Below, one piece after another: positions 18,707-29,866 of a stretch of 64,000 bases of DNA (positions are counted from its first letter, which is position 1; each line of letters starts with the position of its first letter). Both the position numbers and the translations under genes were made by a program. The notes beneath the pieces were generated by a model. That model saw only the letters and a program-made list of their open reading frames with translations, made no database searches and had not been told where the DNA came from. Source of the stretch: an uncultured Gemmatimonadaceae bacterium (GTDB taxonomy: Bacteria; Gemmatimonadota; Gemmatimonadetes; Gemmatimonadales; Gemmatimonadaceae). The stretch spans positions 992,001 through 1,056,000 of the forward strand of contig CAVUDW010000003.1 of the NCBI GenBank assembly GCA_963740355.1, read 5' to 3'.

Positions 18707-20619
18707 GGACGTGTGCCGCCGGCGGTCAGGGTGCGGAACCAGGCCTCGAGCCCTTCCACGATCGCCAGCGCGTAGGCCTCCTGAAACTCTGGCGTACGCA
18801 ACGCCGCCTCCTGCTCCGGCACGATCACGTACGCCCCTTCCACCAGCACACTCGGCATCCACGCACCGCGCACCACTGCAAGGTTGTCGAACCAGGTGCC
18901 TTCGTCACTCAGGCCCAGTCGCGGCACGAGTCGCGACTGAATCGCGCGTGCCAGGCCAGCACTCTGCGGCTGGAAGTAGTACGTGCCGCTGCCGTTGTTC
19001 AGGTACGGATTCACGCCATCCGGCTTGGCGTTGAGATGGATCGAGACGAATGCCTGCGCATCGGCGCGACGCGCCATCGCCGGTCGATCACCAAGTGGCA
19101 CCGGCGCGGCAGTGGTGCGTGTCATGATGGGAATCGCGCCACGCGCCGTGAGCAGTCGCTGCACCCGTTCACCGATCGCCAGCGTGGCCACCGCCTCGTA
19201 CAGCCCCGTAGGACCGGTGCTGCCGATCGGCGGATGGCCTGGATCGACGGCGATCCGCAGTCCCCGCAAGGGATTGGTGGCGTCGATCACCGGCGGGCGG
19301 CGCATCCGCAGCACGAACGCATCACCACGCCAGAACGCGAGCCAGCCGTACACGTCGCGCTGCAGTTGCACGGTGTAGACGGCGCGATCGTTGGCGTCGT
19401 TCGTCCACTGCACATCGCGCACGAGCGAATCGCCACGCTGGAACCAGATGATGTCTGTGTTGCCCGTCACGCCATGCAGCGTGAGGCGCAGCGTGTGGCC
19501 TTCCACCTCAACGCGATACGCCGGGCGTGCACTCATCGGCAACACGAGGTCGACGAACCCCTCAGACGGCACCAGTCGCGCGTTACTCACCACGCGACGC
19601 GGTGCCACGGTGCCCGCAGGCAGTGCGGTGGCCACATCGGCATCGATCCAGACATCGAGCCCGGCATCCAGTTGCACGCGCATCGCGTCACCCTGCCGAC
19701 CGGTGGCCTGCATCACGGTGCCCGGCACGATGAACCACTTGTAGGTACCGCCCGGAATCGGCCGGGCGATGACCACCGCATCGGTGTCGACGGTCGCGGT
19801 GCCGACGCGAACCAGGCCGAGCGAGTCTCCGTCGGCGACCGGCGGCAGACTGCGCACCGTCGGCACCGAGTCGCCGCGGCCGAACACGTTCAGCGTTCCG
19901 CCGCAGCGGAGCGCGCGCGCCACAATGTCACGCGCGGCAGTCTCGCTGCCCTCGCTGGCCAACAGCGGCTGGGCAACCGGCTGCGGGCCCAACGCGCCCG
20001 GACAGGGCGTCGCCACGAAATCGGCACGAGCCCCCTCTGCCAATCGCGCCGACACACGAATCGGCTCATCACCGCGGAAGGCCAGACCGGCGCGCGGCGT
20101 GACGCTGCTGGTGTCGAGGTAGGGCCGACCACTGGCCACCGCGGATCGCGGCTGCGGAAACCGGATCGGCAACGTCAGCTGCTGTGTCGCCCCGCCGGCC
20201 ACGGTCGCCACGAGGTCGAACTGCGGCCGGCTGCGCGGTGGCATGGCGACCCACGCGAGGAATGCACCATTGGGCTTCACCGCGACCGGCGCGCCGTTGA
20301 TGGTCAGCGTCGCGCCGCCGTGGTTCACGGTGCCGAGCAGGAAGGTCGAGTCCCGGGCGGCGATCACCGCGTTCGGCGACGGATACTGCACGCGGATGGC
20401 GACCGGCCCCTCGGCGCGCGGAATCGCCGGCCAGACTGGTGCCCCCACTGGCGTTGGCGCCGTAGTCGCCGACACCTTGGGAATGCACGCTGACAGGCCG
20501 AAGACGGCGGTCAGCGACAGGAGCGACGCGAGGCGGCCAGCTGGCGTGCGTGTCGGGCGAAACCCAGACGCGCCAACCGGGCGCACCGCGAAACCGGACC
20601 GAAGCAGGACTCGTAGCAT
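18703..20619 (-). CDS. N-acetylmuramoyl-L-alanine amidase (Amidase_3), probable lipoprotein
   Basis: Motifs IAVDPGH, LYEA, FVSIHLNA and PSVLVEGAY. Lipobox-like LSAC. Confidence 0.88.
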   Translation of the reverse strand: MLRVLLRSGFAVRPVGASGFRPTRTPAGRLASLLSLTAVFGLSACIPKVSATTAPTPVGAPVWPAIPRAEGPVAIRVQYPSPNAVIAARDSTFLLGTVNHGGATLTINGAPVAVKPNGAFLAWVAMPPRSRPQFDLVATVAGGATQQLTLPIRFPQPRSAVASGRPYLDTSSVTPRAGLAFRGDEPIRVSARLAEGARADFVATPCPGALGPQPVAQPLLASEGSETAARDIVARALRCGGTLNVFGRGDSVPTVRSLPPVADGDSLGLVRVGTATVDTDAVVIARPIPGGTYKWFIVPGTVMQATGRQGDAMRVQLDAGLDVWIDADVATALPAGTVAPRRVVSNARLVPSEGFVDLVLPMSARPAYRVEVEGHTLRLTLHGVTGNTDIIWFQRGDSLVRDVQWTNDANDRAVYTVQLQRDVYGWLAFWRGDAFVLRMRRPPVIDATNPLRGLRIAVDPGHPPIGSTGPTGLYEAVATLAIGERVQRLLTARGAIPIMTRTTAAPVPLGDRPAMARRADAQAFVSIHLNAKPDGVNPYLNNGSGTYYFQPQSAGLARAIQSRLVPRLGLSDEGTWFDNLAVVRGAWMPSVLVEGAYVIVPEQEAALRTPEFQEAYALAIVEGLEAWFRTLTAGGTRP

Positions 20620-20768
20620 GATCAAAGGTAGCTCGGCTCGAGCTCCCTCCGATTTGACCGCCTCATGCGCGCCGTCCTAGCTTCTGTGTACGCGCGTGAC
20701 GCCCGGAGGGGGCGAACTCGCGGCAAGTCAGCAGATCTCACCCTCTTCACGCGCCGACAGTGTCAGTC

Positions 20769-21926
20769 ATGAGCCACCCCACGCCGTCCGAGACGCCAAT
20801 ACCACGCCCTGGCGTGCGGCTGCGACTCGCCGGTATGACGGATGTCGGGATCACTCGCGATCACAATGAGGATGCGTTCGCTTTCCTCGATCTCGACACC
20901 GGGCAGACTCATGCGGAAGTTCACAACGGCGTGATCGATGTCGGGATGCGGGGCGTGGTACTGGTGGTGGCGGACGGAATGGGTGGTGCTGCCGCAGGCG
21001 AGATCGCGAGTGAAATGGCGGTCGAGGCGGTGCTGGACACGTTTCGTGCGCAGTGGATGACCAACGTGGGTCGCGACACCGACACCTTCGTCGAGACTAT
21101 TCGCGACGCCGCCGATACGGCGAACCATCGCATCTTCGCCTTCGCCGGCGCACATCCGGAACACGCCGGCATGGGCACCACGGCAACGATTGCGGGCCTG
21201 CTGGGCAATTCGCTCTACCTGGCGCAGGTGGGCGACAGCCGCGCCTACATCGTGCGTGATGGCGTCGCGCAGCAGATCACGAAAGACCAGTCGTTGATGC
21301 AGCAGTTGATCGAGGCGGGCGAAATGACGCCCGATCAGGCCGAGGTGAGTGAGCGTCGCAATATCATCCTGCAAGCGCTCGGCCCCGACAGTACGGTGCG
21401 TCCCGACTTCACGCAGCAGCCGCTGGCCCGTGGCGATACGCTGGTGATGTGCAGCGACGGCTTGACGACACACCTCCGCGCCACCGACATCGCGCGGATC
21501 GTGTCGGCCAGCACCGATCCCGATGATGCCTGCGAGCAGCTGATCGCGGCCGCGAATGCCGAAGGTGGCCACGACAACATCACGGTGGTGGTGGCGCAGT
21601 TCACCGGGGAAGGGTTGCCGGAGCATGACGAGCTGCAGCGCGAGATCGGCCACCAGAGCTACCCACTGCCCGACAGCGGCGTGCCGACCCTCGATCGCAT
21701 GCGTGGTCGGATGCGAAGCGGTGCAGTCCCCGCGGTGACGCGCCCACCGACGCCGGCCCTCGGCGTGCAGAGTGTGTCGCAGCCTGGTGGCGCGGGGGCC
21801 GGTGCCACAGGCCCGACGATCCCTCCCCGTGACCCAGCGAAGGCGTACCTCTACGTCGCAATTTTCGCGATCGTGGTGGTGGTGGCCTGGGCCATCTGGA
21901 AATTCGGGAACTTCGGTTCGCCCTGA
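20769..21926 (+). CDS. PP2C-type Ser/Thr protein phosphatase with C-terminal membrane anchor
   Basis: Motifs RDHNEDA, VADGMGG, VGDSRAY, CSDGL and GGHDNIT; C-terminal TM helix. Confidence 0.92.
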   Translation: MSHPTPSETPIPRPGVRLRLAGMTDVGITRDHNEDAFAFLDLDTGQTHAEVHNGVIDVGMRGVVLVVADGMGGAAAGEIASEMAVEAVLDTFRAQWMTNVGRDTDTFVETIRDAADTANHRIFAFAGAHPEHAGMGTTATIAGLLGNSLYLAQVGDSRAYIVRDGVAQQITKDQSLMQQLIEAGEMTPDQAEVSERRNIILQALGPDSTVRPDFTQQPLARGDTLVMCSDGLTTHLRATDIARIVSASTDPDDACEQLIAAANAEGGHDNITVVVAQFTGEGLPEHDELQREIGHQSYPLPDSGVPTLDRMRGRMRSGAVPAVTRPPTPALGVQSVSQPGGAGAGATGPTIPPRDPAKAYLYVAIFAIVVVVAWAIWKFGNFGSP

Positions 21927-21978
21927 TCGTACGGCTTAGCTGCCGACACTTACGTCGGCCGATGCCTGAACCGACTCG

Positions 21979-22812
21979 ATGAAACGCAGGACCTTTCTCC
22001 TTTCCGCAGGCGCCAGCCTGGCGGGGCTCGTCAGCTATGCCCACTGGCTGGAGCCCTTCTGGCTCGACGTCGCGCGGCGGGACATGCTGGTGAAAGGACT
22101 GCCCTCGTCACTCGATGGCCGGACGCTGCTGCAGCTAAGCGACCTGCACATCGGGCCCAACGTGGATCCGGGATATCTGCAGCGTGTGTGGGCCGCCGGC
22201 GCGGCGCTGGAGCCGGACGTCGTGATGTACACCGGCGATTGGGTGACGTGGCGGGGACCGCAGCAGCTGACACAATTGGAGCAGCACCTGCCGCATGTGC
22301 CGCGCGGACGATTGCTCACACTCTCGGTGCTCGGCAATCACGACTACGGTGAACGATGGCGCGACGAGCGGGTCAGCCGCGCCATTTCCGATCGCGTGAC
22401 GCAGGCAGGGATTCGCGTGTTGCACAACGAATCGCTGGACGTGGACGGATTGTTCGTGGCCGGCGTGGATGACTACTGGTCACCGTTTGCGCGCCCCGAG
22501 AAAGCTCTCGCGCGCTGGAAGCCCGGCACGCCGGGTCTCGTGCTGAATCACAACCCGGATTGCATGGACGAACGTGCACGCTGGCACGGCTTCGACGGCT
22601 GGGTGTTGTCAGGTCACACGCACGGTGGTCAGTGTCGCTCACCGTTTCTGACGCCGCCAATCCTGCCGGTGAAGAACAAGCGCTACACGTCGGGCGAGAT
22701 CGCCGTCGGTGACGGCCGTCGTGTGTACATCAGCCGCGGTGTCGGTTTCAACATCCAGATGCGCCTCGACGCGCGCCCGGAAATCACGCTCTTCACCATG
22801 CGTCGCGCCTGA
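21979..22812 (+). CDS. Metallophosphoesterase (YkuE/YaeI-like) with Tat-like signal
   Basis: Motifs SDLH, TGD, GNHD, HNPD and SGHTHGGQ. N-terminal KRRTFL. Confidence 0.9.
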   Translation: MKRRTFLLSAGASLAGLVSYAHWLEPFWLDVARRDMLVKGLPSSLDGRTLLQLSDLHIGPNVDPGYLQRVWAAGAALEPDVVMYTGDWVTWRGPQQLTQLEQHLPHVPRGRLLTLSVLGNHDYGERWRDERVSRAISDRVTQAGIRVLHNESLDVDGLFVAGVDDYWSPFARPEKALARWKPGTPGLVLNHNPDCMDERARWHGFDGWVLSGHTHGGQCRSPFLTPPILPVKNKRYTSGEIAVGDGRRVYISRGVGFNIQMRLDARPEITLFTMRRA

Positions 22813-22849
22813 TTCTCGAGCGTGTCGACCGTGCGTGTCGGCGCGTGAT

Positions 22850-24388
22850 TCAGCCGCGTTGCTTGGCGAGCCAGCGTGCGGCGGCCGACTGCATGCAGGG
22901 ATCACCACTCCACGCCACCAGCAATGGCGCTTCCTCGCCGAAGGCGGAGGCGAGCCGCGGATGCCCGAACCAGATGATCAGTGCATCACGCCCCGCCGCG
23001 CGGGCGTCGGCATAGAGCTGCAACACACCATCGCGCACGGGAGCCGGGACCTCGAGCGAGCCCTTGCCCTGCACCGGCTCACCGAAGGCCGTGATCACGA
23101 CCGTGCCGCGGCTCGGGCCATCGGATCGTTCCGTGACACGGGCATCGATGCTCAGTTGCCGCAGTGTGTTCATCAGCGTGATGCGCGGCGTGCGATAGTC
23201 GCCGTGTGTGTCGCTGTCGAATGAGCAGAGCTCGATCGGCGCACGAATACCACGCGTGAGCGGTCGCACCACCTGCAGCACACGATCCGCGAGGCCGGCG
23301 CACCAGAGCACATCGGTCCCTGAGGGCCGGCGATAGTCGTTCGGTGGCGACACCCACTGCGCCCACTTCAATCGGCGACGCAACGACAGGCGCAACCGAT
23401 CGCGTTCGATGCGACCACCGGCGACTGCCTCTTCCAGCGCGTGTACCGTCTTCTGCAAGTCGCCCGGCGCGAGCACCAGATCGCAACCGGCGAGGATTGC
23501 ACGCACGGCCGCTTCCCCTTCATCGATCCCCTGCAACACGGCCTGCATGTTGATCGAGTCGCCGACGATGAGGTTTTCGTATTCACACCGCTGGCGCAGC
23601 ACCCAGGTCAGGATCTCGCGCGAGAGCGTGGCCGGCATGCCGCTCGGATCGAGCGCCGGATACGCCACATGGGCCGTCATGATCGAGCCGACGCCCGCAT
23701 CGATCGCCGACTTGAATGGCAGCAGGTCGTCCTGCATCAACACCGAGTGCGGGGTGCTGACGACGGGCAGTGTGAGATGCGAGTCTTCCACGGTGCGGCC
23801 ATGCCCGGGGAAGTGCTTGGCACAGGCCAGCACCCCTTCACTCTGGCAGGCGTCGATCCACTCGGCGACGTAGTCACCGACTTCGCTTGGCTGCGAGCCG
23901 AACGAGCGGGTGTTGAGCACGGGATTGACTGGCTCGACGTCGAGGTCGGCCACGGGCGCGTAGTTCCAGTTCACGCCCATCGTCCGCGCTTCGCGCGCCG
24001 TGTGGCGCGCCGCGCGTCGCACTGCATCGCGATCACGGAGAGAGGCGATCGCGGCAGCGGGCGGCAGCCCCGTGGACCCTTCGAATTGCTGGCCGGCGCC
24101 ACGTTCCATGTCGGCGCCGATGAGCAGTGGCGTCTTTGACCGCTGCTGCAGGTCACGCGTCAGTGCGCGCACCGCCTCCGCCGTGCCACCGTAGAGCGTG
24201 AAGCCCCCCACGCCGAGGCGCAGCGCCGCATCGATGTGCGGGCGCGCATCGCCGTAGCCTCGGGCTGCGTCCCAGCGGATCGCCGCAATGCACAACGAGG
24301 CAGCGTCGCTCATGCGGCGCCCGCCACCAGACGGTGGTGGCTCATCATGCGTGCGCCGATCGGGAGTCGGCGGGATACTCGGCGACAT
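22850..24388 (-). CDS. nagZ: GH3 beta-N-acetylhexosaminidase
   Basis: Motifs ADMERG, APVAD, RSFG and KHFPGHG..DSH. In an operon with anmK and murQ. Confidence 0.85.
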   Translation of the reverse strand: MSPSIPPTPDRRTHDEPPPSGGGRRMSDAASLCIAAIRWDAARGYGDARPHIDAALRLGVGGFTLYGGTAEAVRALTRDLQQRSKTPLLIGADMERGAGQQFEGSTGLPPAAAIASLRDRDAVRRAARHTAREARTMGVNWNYAPVADLDVEPVNPVLNTRSFGSQPSEVGDYVAEWIDACQSEGVLACAKHFPGHGRTVEDSHLTLPVVSTPHSVLMQDDLLPFKSAIDAGVGSIMTAHVAYPALDPSGMPATLSREILTWVLRQRCEYENLIVGDSINMQAVLQGIDEGEAAVRAILAGCDLVLAPGDLQKTVHALEEAVAGGRIERDRLRLSLRRRLKWAQWVSPPNDYRRPSGTDVLWCAGLADRVLQVVRPLTRGIRAPIELCSFDSDTHGDYRTPRITLMNTLRQLSIDARVTERSDGPSRGTVVITAFGEPVQGKGSLEVPAPVRDGVLQLYADARAAGRDALIIWFGHPRLASAFGEEAPLLVAWSGDPCMQSAAARWLAKQRG

Positions 24389-24406
24389 TGGAGCGCTCTT
24401 GGCCGG

Positions 24407-25558
24407 TCATGGCAGCGTGCGAGTTCCGAGGATCCGCGGTCCAGCGGCACCCGTCGCCGCCGGGACATTCCCGGGAAGTCCTCGCAAGTGTTGAAGTGCG
24501 ATATACGCGAACGCCACTGCTTCCTTGGCTTCGCCGTCAAAAAAGAGTTCATCGAAGGTACGCACTGTGCGCAATGGCAGGGCCTCACGGATCATGCGGA
24601 CCAACGTGGGATTGCGCGCGCCGCCACCTGAGAGGACCACGTCGTGCAGGTCCGCGCGCACGAACCGGTCGTAGCCCGCGGCCATCGTCCGGGCCGTGAG
24701 AGCTGTTGCCGTGGCGACGATGTCCTGATCCGAAACGTCACCGCCAGCGAGGCGGCAGGCGGCAATGAGGGCGTCGACGAAGGCGGCATCGTACTTCTCA
24801 CGCCCCGTGCTCTTGGGGGGCGGGCGCAGGTACCACTCGTCGGCGAGGAGGGGCGCGAGCACCGCCTCGACCGGCGAGCCGGCGGCCGCCAGCCGTCCAT
24901 CGGCATCGTAATGGCGGGTGGGATCGAGGCTGGCCACGACACGGTCGATCACGCCGCACCCCGGGCCCGTGTCGAACGCCAGCGTCGGCTGGTCGAGCCC
25001 GCGCGGCGGCACCACGGTCACGTTGCCGATGCCACCGAGGTTCTGCAGGGCGCGCCAGCCCTCGGGGGCCGCGAAGAGGTGCAGGTCGGCGAGCGGCACC
25101 AACGGCGCGCCTTGGCCGTGCGCAGCCACGTCGCGGCTCCGGAAGTCGTTGATGACGCGCGTGTTGAGCCGCTCCGCGATGACCGCCGCGTCGCCGATCT
25201 GCCAGGTGGAGTGTCCCGGCTCATGCCAGAGGGTTTGCCCGTGCGAAGCCACCGCGGCGACATCGGCCGCCGTCAGGCCAGCGCGCTGCATGACGAGGGC
25301 GGCTGCGTCGGCCAGCCAGTGTCCGAGGTCGACGTGCAGTCGACAGAAGTCACGGGCGGAGCCCTGCACCATGCCAGCCGCGAGGCGCGCACGCTGCTCC
25401 GCGCTGTACCCAACTGATTCGAATGCCAGCAATTCCGGACGATCGCCATCATCGGTTGGATGAAAACGAACGGCTGCCGCGGCGATGCCATCGAGCGAGG
25501 TGCCAGACATGAGGCCGATCAGGATCGGCGCCGCGGACAGTGGCGCGTCGGTAGGCAT
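24407..25558 (-). CDS. anmK: Anhydro-N-acetylmuramic acid kinase
   Basis: Motifs GLMSGTSLDG, ASHGQT, GQGAPLVP, NLGGIGN, FDTGPG and PPKSTGRE. Confidence 0.95.
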   Translation of the reverse strand: MPTDAPLSAAPILIGLMSGTSLDGIAAAAVRFHPTDDGDRPELLAFESVGYSAEQRARLAAGMVQGSARDFCRLHVDLGHWLADAAALVMQRAGLTAADVAAVASHGQTLWHEPGHSTWQIGDAAVIAERLNTRVINDFRSRDVAAHGQGAPLVPLADLHLFAAPEGWRALQNLGGIGNVTVVPPRGLDQPTLAFDTGPGCGVIDRVVASLDPTRHYDADGRLAAAGSPVEAVLAPLLADEWYLRPPPKSTGREKYDAAFVDALIAACRLAGGDVSDQDIVATATALTARTMAAGYDRFVRADLHDVVLSGGGARNPTLVRMIREALPLRTVRTFDELFFDGEAKEAVAFAYIALQHLRGLPGNVPAATGAAGPRILGTRTLP

Positions 25559-26517
25559 CAGCGCGCCTCCATCTCGGGTGGTGCCGATGCAACCGGCGGC
25601 GGTGCGATGTCGACCGCACGACGAATCACACCGTGTGACGCGTCGAGTGCGGCATCGGCAGCCGCGATGTCGACATGCCGCAGGTGCATGACGATGGCGC
25701 GCTTCACCACGCCACCAGCGCGCTGCAGCAATTCACGCGCGGCAGCGCGATCGAGGCCGCAGATCTCCGCTACGATCCGCTCGCTGCGATCCACCAGTTT
25801 TGCATTGCTGGCGCGCAGATCGACCATCAGGTTGCCGTACGTCTTGCCGATGCGGATCATGGCGCCGGTGCTGATGATGTTGAGCGCCAGCTTGGTTGCG
25901 GTACCGGATTTCATGCGCGTCGACCCCGTGACCACTTCCGGCCCGACCACGATCACGATCGGGATGTCGATGGCATCGACAATCGACGATGGCAGCGGCG
26001 TGCAGGCGATCATGGCGGTGGTCGCACCGACGACCTTGGCGCGGCGCAGCGCACCATGCACGTACGGTGTGCTGCCACTGGCCGCGATCCCAACGAAGAA
26101 GTCATTCGACGCGATGTCGATCGCATCGAGGTCACGTGCGCCCCCGTCCGGACTGTCCTCCGCACCTTCCTGCGCACGCAGGAGCGCCGCGGGCCCGCCA
26201 GCGATGAGACCGACCACCAAGCCAAAATCGGCGCCGAACGTCGGCGGAATTTCGCTCGCGTCGAGCACACCGAGCCGGCCTGATGTGCCCGCTCCAGCGT
26301 AGATGATCCGGCCCCCTGCGCGCAGTGCACGCTCTGCGGCGGCGATCGCCGCGGCGAGGGCTTCACGCTGCAGGCCGACGGCCGGCACCACGCCTGCGTC
26401 CTCTGCTGTGATGATGTCGACGATGTCGAGCGGCGAGGCGAGATCGATGGCGACCGAACGCGGATTGCGCTGTTCGGTGACCCGCGAATCGCGGAACGCG
26501 GGAGTGTCGGCGGTCAC
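25558..26517 (-). CDS. murQ: N-acetylmuramic acid 6-phosphate etherase
   Basis: Motifs TEQRNP, GAGTSGRLGVLDASE, GPEVVTGSTRMKSGTA and NLMVD. Start is approximate. Confidence 0.95.
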   Translation of the reverse strand: MTADTPAFRDSRVTEQRNPRSVAIDLASPLDIVDIITAEDAGVVPAVGLQREALAAAIAAAERALRAGGRIIYAGAGTSGRLGVLDASEIPPTFGADFGLVVGLIAGGPAALLRAQEGAEDSPDGGARDLDAIDIASNDFFVGIAASGSTPYVHGALRRAKVVGATTAMIACTPLPSSIVDAIDIPIVIVVGPEVVTGSTRMKSGTATKLALNIISTGAMIRIGKTYGNLMVDLRASNAKLVDRSERIVAEICGLDRAAARELLQRAGGVVKRAIVMHLRHVDIAAADAALDASHGVIRRAVDIAPPPVASAPPEMEAR

Positions 26518-26703
26518 AGGCGGCGGAAGGGGACAAGGCGGCGAAAACCCGGGATCGACGCGCGCTGTCGGCCTCTCGAGTGCCCGGGTAAGCTTCGGGT
26601 CGGGCAAAGATACTCTGCTATCTGTCCCGACGATGTCGGGATTGTGCTGTGTACCCGCACTATCCGTTCCTCACGCCATCGTCCTTCAACCCTGGTTTCG
26701 CTG

Positions 26704-28509
26704 ATGGCTGCCTCCCGCCTGCTCCGCTCTTCGCCATGGTCGCTCGCGGCCGTGGTGCTTGCCACCGCCTGCCGGTCGCCCCAGCCCGCCGTGCCGACCC
26801 CGACGCCAGCCGCCGTGCCGGTGGCTGCGGCACCCGCCGCCGGGGCACGCGAGGACTCGGTTCGCCGCGATCCCGTGGTCTTTGCCGATGGCTGGCGGTT
26901 CGCGAAGAACCAGCCCGCGACCTTCGCGGAGCACGGCATGGTGAGCAGCAACGCCCCGCTGGCGAGCTCTGCAGGAGCGGAGATCATGAAGCAGGGCGGC
27001 AACGCGGTCGACGCGGCCGTGGCGACGGGTTTTGCGTTGGCCGTCGTCTGGCCCGAGGCCGGCAACATCGGTGGCGGCGGCTACATGGTGATCCAGATGG
27101 CCGACGGGCGTCGCGAAGTGGTGGACTATCGCGAGGTCGCGCCGCTGGCTGGGTCACGCGACATGTACCTCAAGCCGGACGGAACCACCGATGGCAGCAT
27201 CATCGGCTGGCGGTCGAGTGGCGTGCCCGGCGCGGTTGCTGGATTGATTGCAGCGCAGGCGAAGTACGGCAAGCTGACGCGCGCACAGGTCATGGCACCA
27301 GCGATTCGACTGGCGCGTGAAGGATTCGCGGTCGACAGCGGACTGTACACCAGCATTTCCCGGAGCCGCGCGCTGATTGCGCGTTTCGCTGGGAAGGCCG
27401 TGTTCCTCGCGGGTGACAGCGTGCCTGGCATCGGTTCGACGTTCCGTCAGCCGGTGCTCGCGCGCACCCTCGATGCCATCGCACGCGATGGTGCCGATGC
27501 CTACTATCGCGGCTGGATTGCCGACAGCATTGCGGCAGAAGAAAAGCGCGGTGGCGGCATCATCACCAAGGCCGACCTGGCGAAGTACACGCCGCGGTGG
27601 CGCGAGCCGCTGGTCTGGACCTATCGCAACTACACGCTGGTCGGCATGCCGCCGTCATCGTCCGGTGGAGTGACGATGGCCGAGACGATGAACATCGTCG
27701 AGCACGAAACGAAGATGCCCGCCTTTGGCAGTGTGGCCTATGTGCACCTGATGGGCGAGGCATATCAACGCGCGTTCATCGATCGCAACAGCAAGATCGC
27801 TGACCCCGATTTCTATCCGGTGCCGATCGCACAACTGACGAGCAAGGAGTACGCGGGACGACTCTTCAGCCAGATCGATCGCGCGCGTGCCACGCCAACG
27901 CCAGCGGCCACGCAGCAGATGGCGGAAAACATGCACACCACGCACTACTCGGTGGTGGACGGGGATGGCAGCGCGGTTGCCACCACCACCACGCTCAACA
28001 ACTCGTGGGGCAGCGGCGTCTACCTGACGAGCGTAGGGTTCATGATGAACGACCAGATGGACGATTTCGCGGTGCAGCCGGGCAAGCCGAACATGTTCGG
28101 CCTCGTGCAGGGTGAAGCGAACAAGATCGAGCCGGGCAAGCGGATGCTCTCCGCGATGTCGCCCACCGTGGTGCTGGACGCGAATGGCAAGGTGCAGATG
28201 GTGGCCGGCGCCGCTGGCGGCCCGCGCATCATTTCCGCCACCAGTCAGGTGATCCTGAACGTGATCGAATACGGGATGTCGCTGGCCGACGCAATGCGCG
28301 CGCCGCGTATCCACAACCAGGCGCTGCCTGACGAACTCCGACTCGAAACGAACGGATTCCCGGCGACGACGGTCGACTCACTGAAAGCGATGGGCCACGC
28401 GGTCGGCTTCCTTGGCGGCATCGCCAACGTCAACGCCATTCGTCGCGTCCCGGGCGGCTGGCATGGTGTGTCCGAGCCGCGTGCGTTTGGTGCGGCGGTC
28501 GGGTACTGA
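26704..28509 (+). CDS. ggt: Gamma-glutamyltransferase, probable lipoprotein
   Basis: GGNAVDAAVA, autoprocessing site H|TTHYSVVD, RMLSAMSP and GAAGGPRI. Lipobox LATAC. Confidence 0.93.
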   Translation: MAASRLLRSSPWSLAAVVLATACRSPQPAVPTPTPAAVPVAAAPAAGAREDSVRRDPVVFADGWRFAKNQPATFAEHGMVSSNAPLASSAGAEIMKQGGNAVDAAVATGFALAVVWPEAGNIGGGGYMVIQMADGRREVVDYREVAPLAGSRDMYLKPDGTTDGSIIGWRSSGVPGAVAGLIAAQAKYGKLTRAQVMAPAIRLAREGFAVDSGLYTSISRSRALIARFAGKAVFLAGDSVPGIGSTFRQPVLARTLDAIARDGADAYYRGWIADSIAAEEKRGGGIITKADLAKYTPRWREPLVWTYRNYTLVGMPPSSSGGVTMAETMNIVEHETKMPAFGSVAYVHLMGEAYQRAFIDRNSKIADPDFYPVPIAQLTSKEYAGRLFSQIDRARATPTPAATQQMAENMHTTHYSVVDGDGSAVATTTTLNNSWGSGVYLTSVGFMMNDQMDDFAVQPGKPNMFGLVQGEANKIEPGKRMLSAMSPTVVLDANGKVQMVAGAAGGPRIISATSQVILNVIEYGMSLADAMRAPRIHNQALPDELRLETNGFPATTVDSLKAMGHAVGFLGGIANVNAIRRVPGGWHGVSEPRAFGAAVGY

Positions 28510-28542
28510 CAAAAGCGAAACGCAGAGTAGCTGTGTTGAAAG

Positions 28543-29790
<1,248 letters not shown>

Positions 29791-29813
29791 CTAGTCGCCC
29801 AGCAGATCGACAA

Positions 29814-29843
29814 CCTCTGCGCCTTTGCGTCTCTGCGTTTTGC
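29814..29843. repeat. REP-like arm (CCTCTGCGCCTTTGCGTCTCTGCGTTTT), inverted partner of the IS-interrupted arm
   Basis: Reverse complement closely matches the reconstructed empty site AAACGCAGAGGCGCAGAGG (28518-28527 + 29676-29684). Confidence 0.75.
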
Positions 29844-29866
29844 CCTTCCCGCCGCGGTAACGCGTA

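Noticed and set aside
25570..25790. Duplicated helical repeat at the MurQ C-terminus
   Set aside because: This is a normal feature of MurQ proteins.
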